A stretch of 39,687 nt of DNA from Chloroflexota bacterium (GTDB lineage Bacteria > Chloroflexota > UBA4733): NCBI GenBank assembly GCA_023489405.1, contig JAMDCW010000139.1, positions 1 to 39,687 on the forward strand. Reading direction: 5' to 3'. Under the pieces are notes generated by a model that saw only the letters and a list, made by a program, of their open reading frames with translations, made no database searches and had not been told where the DNA came from. Positions 33,609 to 39,687 of the stretch are shown one piece after another; within the stretch, counting starts at the first letter, position 1, and the number at the start of each line of letters is the position of its first letter. Made by a program: the position numbers and the translations under genes.

Positions 33609-35939
33609 CTACCTGGCTACGAGCGGCACGGCTTCCAAAGTATTGCCGGTAACTCGGGTGGTAAAAACAGGGTACTGAGGATAAACAGCCTCCAAGGCGT
33701 GCAATACCGCTTGATCTGGCGCAAAAGCAGCGACGGTCGAACAGCTCAAGTGGGGACAGTTGAGCGCTGCGAGATAGACGACATAAGTCCACCAGTCCGT
33801 GGTAATAAGCAGTGCATTCTGCAGTGCTAGCTCGCGCCCCGAAAGACCTTCAGCGAATCCAGCACCGAGAGTGGGGCCACCACGCCCAGGCCATCCTGCA
33901 TAGTTTTTATAGACAATGAATTGCTGCGGAATAAAGTAGAGGAGATCACATAGCAACAGAGCAGCCACGACCACTATTACTGCTGGCGCCATTGCTACGG
34001 TCCGATCGGCAGGAACTCTCCCTTCACGCCCTAGGCAACAGTGATTGAGCACGACAATACCACGCGATGCTAAGAGCACCATTGCCGGGAACGCTTCAAA
34101 TAGATAGCGTGGGCCAAGAGCGATTCCGTGGTAGAAGTACGCGATGTAAACACCAAAAAAACCCAGGATAATTGCTGCGAGAATCCAATCCCAAGCACGT
34201 ACGCGCCTCAGAACAAACGGCAGCAGCATAGCGGCGATACTGATGCCGAATGGCCAACCATCGAGTGTGAAAGCGAGCGATGTAAGCTGTTCATCGCTAT
34301 TGAGCAGTCCTGAAGCCAGCGTATGCTCTCCATAAAAGCCTATTCCCTTGCCAAAACCCAAGTGATCATGCGGAGAGAAGAGTTCTCGTGGCAAGAGCAA
34401 GGGCACTCCTGTCACAATCCAGCCATACAAGAGGTACACGCACAGTAACGGCAACATACCCAGGAGTGCTGCGCTGATCGTGGAGAATATACGCTGGCGC
34501 TGGGCAGATCGCAGTGCAAGCAACCCTACCCCTGCTAACACTATTCCGTAGATGACCGCAGAAATCTCCCGGCAGAGCAAGGCGGCACCAAGGGCAATTC
34601 CACCGACCAACGCCCAGCGCGTGCGGTAAGCCCGGAGCCAGCGCTCATACGCGAACAGCGCCAGCGTTGCTGCTGTCATTGCCGGTACATGGCTGAGAAA
34701 AGCGGCACTCTGTAAGAGGAGAAATGGCGAGAGCGCTGCCAGGAGTACGGTGATCATAGCGGCACCTCTACCATCGAGCGACCAGGCAATCCGCCCCATA
34801 AGGACGACGGCACCGGCGGCAAGCAGTGGCTCGACGAGCCAGGGCACGTGCGCCAACATGCCCAATGCCAGAAGGAGAGAAGTTCCAGGCGGATACTGCG
34901 AGAACCAGCGCCCATGCCAGACGATCATGAAAGGAGTGGGAAATGCTTGAGGAACTGGCGGAGCCGGCGCTGTGAGGCTACCCTGAGCAAAAATACGGGC
35001 CTGGAAGTAATAGGCTACCGCATCGAGAATATGCGGGGCACGATCAAAAAGCACCCAGGTAAAGAGCACCCCTCCTCCACCAGCCAGGGCTCCCCCAGCT
35101 CCAATCACCCAGAGCGTGCTTCGGGACGACGGCGCCGGCAAGCGCACCTGCCAGGGGAAAAGCATACTGAGTCCCAAGACAAGCCCACTACCACCGAGGG
35201 CGATTGCCAGCATGCGTAACCAATCGGCAAGCCAGGATGCGAAGAGAGGAAGGAACTGCTGAGGGAAATACCAGTGATAGAGCTCTCGTTCGCCACGAGA
35301 CAGCGAGCGCTCCTGAAGTGTTAAGGCGCGATTATTGGGATCGATGTGCAGTAGGAGCGACGCACCATTCGCACCGGAAAGCTCGACCGTTCTTGGAATC
35401 TCTAGCCGCTCTAACGTCAATGTCAGCCGCCCACGGCTAGGCAAAGGAAAGCGCTGACCCAATGGAGGATTCGCCGCCGAGGTTTGCAGATGTCCGTCAG
35501 GCAATCGTACTTTTAAAGAGACCCAATGACTGTACGTTGAGCTACCGCGTAACCAGCTCTCAAAACGAAGGTAGGGGTTGTGAGAAGAGCCCCGCCAATC
35601 GCTGGCCTTCCAGGTCAACATATTGGCAGAATCCGAACCATTGTCGGCGAACAGGCGTAAATGTGCTGGAGAAGGAACAAGGACAAGCCGTGTAGGGGTA
35701 AAATCGAGGTTGACGATCGCAGTACGGCCATCTCCACGCACCTGCGTTCGAGACCCTTGCAGATCGAAACGAATAACCAGAGGGAATAGGACGGGTAATA
35801 GATTACTCATCTGCCACAGGAGCAGAGCGTTCACCCACATTCCTAGCAACAATAGGAATCGCCGCTTGCTCTGCCTCGTGAAGTAGGCCTTCAACATACT
35901 TGCCATTCTCGCTGGAAGAACGCCATACAACAAACGCAA
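33609..35939 (-). CDS. GT-C fold membrane glycosyltransferase (family 39 / ArnT-PMT like) with ~260-aa N-terminal extracytoplasmic extension
   Basis: Has more than 10 TM helices. DAVAYYFQARIFAQG...YPPGTSLLLALG is typical of PMT_2/ArnT-type enzymes. The start is ambiguous (TTG 35939, ATG 35906 or ATG 35897). Confidence 0.6.
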   Translation of the reverse strand: MRLLYGVLPARMASMLKAYFTRQSKRRFLLLLGMWVNALLLWQMSNLLPVLFPLVIRFDLQGSRTQVRGDGRTAIVNLDFTPTRLVLVPSPAHLRLFADNGSDSANMLTWKASDWRGSSHNPYLRFESWLRGSSTYSHWVSLKVRLPDGHLQTSAANPPLGQRFPLPSRGRLTLTLERLEIPRTVELSGANGASLLLHIDPNNRALTLQERSLSRGERELYHWYFPQQFLPLFASWLADWLRMLAIALGGSGLVLGLSMLFPWQVRLPAPSSRSTLWVIGAGGALAGGGGVLFTWVLFDRAPHILDAVAYYFQARIFAQGSLTAPAPPVPQAFPTPFMIVWHGRWFSQYPPGTSLLLALGMLAHVPWLVEPLLAAGAVVLMGRIAWSLDGRGAAMITVLLAALSPFLLLQSAAFLSHVPAMTAATLALFAYERWLRAYRTRWALVGGIALGAALLCREISAVIYGIVLAGVGLLALRSAQRQRIFSTISAALLGMLPLLCVYLLYGWIVTGVPLLLPRELFSPHDHLGFGKGIGFYGEHTLASGLLNSDEQLTSLAFTLDGWPFGISIAAMLLPFVLRRVRAWDWILAAIILGFFGVYIAYFYHGIALGPRYLFEAFPAMVLLASRGIVVLNHCCLGREGRVPADRTVAMAPAVIVVVAALLLCDLLYFIPQQFIVYKNYAGWPGRGGPTLGAGFAEGLSGRELALQNALLITTDWWTYVVYLAALNCPHLSCSTVAAFAPDQAVLHALEAVYPQYPVFTTRVTGNTLEAVPLVAR

Positions 35940-36016
35940 TGGACCTGTCCTACACTACATCATCATCCCAACACAACGGTAGGGTCTATTGGAGCGAGAT
36001 CAAAGGAGGAGATAGC

Positions 36017-36874
36017 TTGCAACACTCACGCTGGCACTATCCAGCCCAGTCCCATAGCAACACAGTGGTGAGCGTATCACCAGAGCAAGCGGGATGGCTT
36101 TATCTGGGCTTCGAAGCATACCAACTGCCTAGCGGTACGGTATGGCATGTGGACGCGCTAGAAGATCGGGAGACCGCCCTGGTCGTATTAGGTGGAAGAT
36201 GCACCGTCACCTCGGGAAGCGATGAATGGCGCCTGGGAAGGCGTTCTTCCGTATGGACTGGTCTTCCCTGGGCGCTCTATCTTCCACCACGACATGAACT
36301 CACCATCCAGGCCACTACGCCGCTTCTCGTTGCTCGGGGCACCGCTCCGGCGGAGGGCCGATATCCTCCTAAGCTCGTAACACCAGAAGATGTGGAGATC
36401 GAGATACGTGGGGGGCGAAATGTCACACGTCAGATCAACCATATTTTCAAACCGGATTTTCCCGCAGAACGCCTTCTCATCGTCGAAGTTCACACACCAG
36501 CAGGCAACTGGTCAAGCTACCCACCTCACAAACACGATCAATATCAGCCACCCGATGAAGTAGTTCTAGAGGAAGTGTATTTCTACCAAGTCGAATCTCC
36601 GGATGGCTATGCAATGCAACAGCTCTATACAGCGGATAGACAGCTTGACGAAATACTCGTGGCGCACAACGGCGATCTCATTCTGGTACCGTACGGCTAT
36701 CATCCTGTTGTAGCGCTGCCGCAAGCACGCGTTTACTATCTCAACATCCTCGCGGGCGACGTCCGATCAATGGCAGCTCGGGATGACCCGGCGCTTGCCT
36801 GGATCAGGAGTACATGGACCCAAGGAACACAGCAGATCGCACTCATCACGGAAGGCGAGGCGACGAGAGGGTGA
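36017..36874 (+). CDS. iolB: 5-deoxy-glucuronate isomerase (KduI/IolB family)
   Basis: GNWSSYPPHKHDQ matches B. subtilis IolB as I recall it, as do EEVYFYQ and VPYGYHPV. TTG 36017 is preceded by AAAGGAGGAG with 5-nt spacing and gives 285 aa. The track start 35900 and ATG 35939 are rejected. Confidence 0.85.
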   Translation: MQHSRWHYPAQSHSNTVVSVSPEQAGWLYLGFEAYQLPSGTVWHVDALEDRETALVVLGGRCTVTSGSDEWRLGRRSSVWTGLPWALYLPPRHELTIQATTPLLVARGTAPAEGRYPPKLVTPEDVEIEIRGGRNVTRQINHIFKPDFPAERLLIVEVHTPAGNWSSYPPHKHDQYQPPDEVVLEEVYFYQVESPDGYAMQQLYTADRQLDEILVAHNGDLILVPYGYHPVVALPQARVYYLNILAGDVRSMAARDDPALAWIRSTWTQGTQQIALITEGEATRG

Positions 36875-37593
36875 GCGAAGCAGATTATCCCACTCTGGCG
36901 CGCGGGCTAGCTACTCTCGGCATCACCCTTACCACCCATCAATGGGAACAGCTCGACTATTACACCGGCCGCTTGCTTGAACAGAATAACCGGATCAATC
37001 TTACCGGAGCGCACACCCGCGAGGAACTCGAAGTACGTCATCTGCTCGACAGTTTCACCGTTGCTCCTTTACTGCCCGCGAATGGAGCAACAGTCGCCGA
37101 CATTGGCAGCGGCGGTGGCTTACCAGCAATTCCTCTGGCAATCCTGCGCCAGGACCTCGTGTTTACCCTCTTCGAAGCGACTGGCAAGAAAGCGCTTTTC
37201 CTCACCGCTGTTAGTGAAGATCTCGGTTTGGATCACGTCCGCATCATCAACCAGCGTGTCGAGCTCATGGGACAAACCTGGGAGCATCGTCAACGATACG
37301 ATACTGTCGTTGCACGCGCGGTTGCCGAGCTACCCATCCTAGTGGAGCTAATGCTTCCGCTCAACCGTTTGATGGGAACGTCCATTGCGATGAAAAAAGG
37401 CGACCTCGATTACGAGATAGCACGCGCACGGCGGGCGATCCACGTATGCGGCGGGGAGCTGGTAGGTGTACAACCCGCCCAGGGTCACGAACTCTTGGCT
37501 GACCATCAGCTCATTGTTCTAGAAAAAGTAGCTGCCGCTCTAGCGCGTTATCCGCGGCGTCCAGGCGTGCCGCAGCGTCAACCTATTCTCTAG
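36871..37593 (+). CDS. rsmG: 16S rRNA (guanine527-N7)-methyltransferase
   Basis: Reads QLDYYTGRLLEQNNRINLTG...HLLDS and has the SAM motif DIGSGGGLPAIPLAI. GTG 36871 overlaps the iolB TGA (GTGA), with GAGAGG upstream. Confidence 0.88.
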   Translation: MSEADYPTLARGLATLGITLTTHQWEQLDYYTGRLLEQNNRINLTGAHTREELEVRHLLDSFTVAPLLPANGATVADIGSGGGLPAIPLAILRQDLVFTLFEATGKKALFLTAVSEDLGLDHVRIINQRVELMGQTWEHRQRYDTVVARAVAELPILVELMLPLNRLMGTSIAMKKGDLDYEIARARRAIHVCGGELVGVQPAQGHELLADHQLIVLEKVAAALARYPRRPGVPQRQPIL

Positions 37594-37721
37594 CCGGGTT
37601 ATTCACCGGTCCTCACGCTGTCAGCGCTGCGGTACCTGCCCTTCCCATCCTGTGATGAAGACGTGGGCGGCGAAAGTCCGCCTCCTTTCGATGGTGAAAC
37701 GAGGCTGCTCTGCAACCGGTA

Positions 37722-39404
37722 TCACTGAGGGCGTGTAATGGCTCCTTGAGAAGCGGAGGAAACCATGGCGGCATACTTTGCGAAGACTCCTCCGGTATAC
37801 CGGGGGGGGCGAGGCTGCCAATTACGGAGACGGCGCTCGATCTCCTCCGGAGGAACCTCGAGATCGAGACGCCGATTGTTGACATCGATCAGAATACTGT
37901 CACCTTCCTGTACCGCAGCGATTGGCCCACGCTGCGCCGCCTCCGGCGCGACATGAGCGATCATCAACCCATGGGTAGCACCGCTAAATCGCCCATCAGT
38001 CAAGAGTGCGACCGAGTCTCCGAGTCCTGTGCCTTGAATAGCAGCGGTAACGCCAAGCATCTCCCGCATACCAGGTCCACCGCTGGGGCCTTCATAACGA
38101 ATCACGACAACGTCTCCAGGCTTGATCTGGCGACGGGTGACCGCACGCATGCAATCTTCTTCGCTGTCAAAGACACGAGCCGGGCCGCGGTGCAAGACAC
38201 GCTCGTGTCCGGCGACTTTTACGACACAGCCATCTGGCGCTAGGTTGCCGCGAAGGATGAGCAAGCCGCCGTGCGTCTTGAGTGGCCGGTCCAGCGGCCA
38301 AATGACCTCCTGACCGGGAGTTTCGTGGGCGCCGGCAACTTCTTCCCACAACGTACGACCGGTGACCGTCATCTGACTGCCATCCATATAGCCACCTTCG
38401 ATCAGTCGCTGGGCGAGGACCGCCGACCCTCCTGCCTGGTCTAGATCAGCGGCCACAAAGCGTCCGCCGGGTTTCAGATCGCCAAGAAGCGGAGTACGGC
38501 GGCTAATCCGATCGAAGTCGTCAATCTCCAATGGGATGTTCGCTTCACGGGCAAGGGCAAGCAGGTGAAGCACGGCGTTGGTCGATCCGCCGCTGGATAC
38601 GACGCCGGCAATGGCATTCTCAAAGGAAGCTCTCGTAAGAATATGACTCGGCCGAAGATCCTTGCGGATTGCTTCAACGGCAAGCTGACCGACCCAACCA
38701 TCGACATCACGCCGTCGCGCGTCAACAGCGGGTGCGCGGGAAGACCCCATCGGCGCCAGCCCCAGGAACTCAATGGCCATTGCCATCGTATTCGCCGTGT
38801 ACTGTCCCCCGCAGGCCCCAGCTCCCGGACAGGCCACACTCTCGAGGGCGCGTAGCTCTTCGCCACTCATCTTGCCTGCGGCTACCGCTCCTACAGCCTC
38901 AAAAACGTCGAGGATTGTGACATCACGGCCGTGGAATTTTCCTGGGAGGATGGTACCACCATAGACCATCACGGCTGGAATATCGAGACGGACGAGCGCC
39001 ATAGCGCCCGCGGGAATGGTCTTGTCACACGCTACGAGAACGACTGCACCATCGAAATAGTGGGCACGGCCAACGAGCTCGATGCTATCCGCAATGAGCT
39101 CACGGCTGACGAGGGAAGCCTTCATTCCCTCGACGCCCATCGTCACACCATCGCTGATCGCGATGGTATTGACCTCCATTGGTGCGCCACCACTTTGGCG
39201 TACTCCGTCTTTCACCCACTGGGCCTGATCACGCTGGTTGATGTTACAGGTCATCGTCTCTATCCACGAATGGAAGACGCCAACAATAGGCTTCTCCAGG
39301 TCGGCATCGGTAAAGCCGATACCTTTGACGTAAGCTCGCGCTGCCGCCCGGCTGACGCCGTCATAGAGCGTCTGACTTCGCCAGCGCAAATTCTCTCCGG
39401 TCAT
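37722..39404 (-). CDS. ilvD: dihydroxy-acid dehydratase
   Basis: Has [31 protein letters not shown] and [16 protein letters not shown] 39404 is preceded by GAGGAGGAACG. Confidence 0.92.
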   Translation of the reverse strand: MTGENLRWRSQTLYDGVSRAAARAYVKGIGFTDADLEKPIVGVFHSWIETMTCNINQRDQAQWVKDGVRQSGGAPMEVNTIAISDGVTMGVEGMKASLVSRELIADSIELVGRAHYFDGAVVLVACDKTIPAGAMALVRLDIPAVMVYGGTILPGKFHGRDVTILDVFEAVGAVAAGKMSGEELRALESVACPGAGACGGQYTANTMAMAIEFLGLAPMGSSRAPAVDARRRDVDGWVGQLAVEAIRKDLRPSHILTRASFENAIAGVVSSGGSTNAVLHLLALAREANIPLEIDDFDRISRRTPLLGDLKPGGRFVAADLDQAGGSAVLAQRLIEGGYMDGSQMTVTGRTLWEEVAGAHETPGQEVIWPLDRPLKTHGGLLILRGNLAPDGCVVKVAGHERVLHRGPARVFDSEEDCMRAVTRRQIKPGDVVVIRYEGPSGGPGMREMLGVTAAIQGTGLGDSVALLTDGRFSGATHGLMIAHVAPEAAQRGPIAAVQEGDSILIDVNNRRLDLEVPPEEIERRLRNWQPRPPRYTGGVFAKYAAMVSSASQGAITRPQ

Positions 39405-39687
39405 CGTTCCTCCTCGTCCGTCCATTCCTCACAACCCCAGGGCCAGAATAAGGTATACGCGATAGGGTACGAGACGTGTGCTACCGCTGCAAGAGAGATC
39501 ACTCGCGTGATAGGGTCTTTCTTCCGAAAATATGCCGCGAACGACCTAACGGTGATTGGCTCGCCTTTTCATCCTCGTGGCTGTCCGGCAGGACAGGGGG
39601 CTTCATTAGACTTGGAGAGTGGTAGGCTGTGCAGCGACGAGTAGGCAGCGGAGGAGCAGGTGATGGCGCAACAGCGTTTGGCGGAGG

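Noticed and set aside
37802-37809. G8 homopolymer (C8 on the coding strand) inside ilvD as a possible slippage or phase-variation site
   Set aside because: It encodes an in-frame ...PRPPR... in an essential-type biosynthetic gene, and the frame is intact with conserved motifs on both sides.
38931-39644. 237-aa plus-strand ORF antisense to ilvD. Similar long antisense ORFs occur in proA (16399-17001, 16715-17257), lgt (17842-18354, 17975-18490), gcvPB/PA, pepF and the tatC extension (1589-2517)
   Set aside because: They lie opposite genes with unmistakable conserved motifs and have no recognisable motifs of their own. They are the usual shadow ORFs of moderately GC-rich coding DNA.
39664-39687. 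Possible start of a plus-strand CDS (GGAGGAGCAGGTG-ATG GCG CAA CAG...) at the right edge
   Set aside because: Only 8 codons are visible. The SD plus ATG is suggestive but insufficient to call a feature.

Overview
This 39.7-kb stretch is a compact bacterial chromosome segment made up almost entirely of core housekeeping genes. I see no CRISPR array, IS or transposase, integrase, prophage, or recognisable defence or toxin genes. I also do not recognise any novel multi-gene system. I can support 34 CDS (one truncated at the left edge and absent from the ORF track), two tRNAs (Ile-GAT and Arg-CCG) and several motif-level promoter candidates.

Main units:
- (i) A minus-strand string yceD-rpmF-accC-nusB-acpP-tatC (942-5477).
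- (ii) A stand-alone MEDS-domain gene with a near-consensus sigma-70 promoter.
- (iii) A module of secreted protein, ECF sigma and zinc-finger anti-sigma (6509-9631).
- (iv) A tightly coupled proA-gcvT-gcvH-gcvPA-gcvPB-pepF operon (9868-17349).
- (v) The remaining genes: lgt, rho, a PduO-type adenosyltransferase, a Ca2+/H+ exchanger, the tRNA pair, rarA plus a divergent ATCase-like gene, a TgpA-like transglutaminase, thiD-thiE, Qng1(DUF2419)-rsmI, murE plus a P-loop kinase, a GT-C glycosyltransferase, iolB-rsmG and ilvD.

I shortened many track ORFs to internal starts that have a convincing Shine-Dalgarno or stop/start overlap.

The most unusual signal is non-coding. A ~115-nt element sits in the long leader of the proA-gcv operon (17442-17555). 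It recurs at 25126-25370, immediately after the transglutaminase stop codon. The two copies share six collinear conserved blocks and a hairpin whose apical base pairs differ but stay complementary, and copy B carries two hairpin-like insertions. I could not match it to any riboswitch or RNA consensus I know.

Secondary oddities:
- TatC carries a ~290-aa acidic extension.
- An orphan ATCase-fold protein has a degenerate STRTR motif.
- Rho has a ~100-aa N-terminal insertion.
- proA has no proB and is fused to the glycine-cleavage operon, with no recognisable glycine riboswitch.
- iolB is an orphan coupled to rsmG.
- A TGnTAnAcT-type extended -10 motif recurs upstream of several genes.

All product calls rest on motif recall from the translated ORFs, not on database searches.
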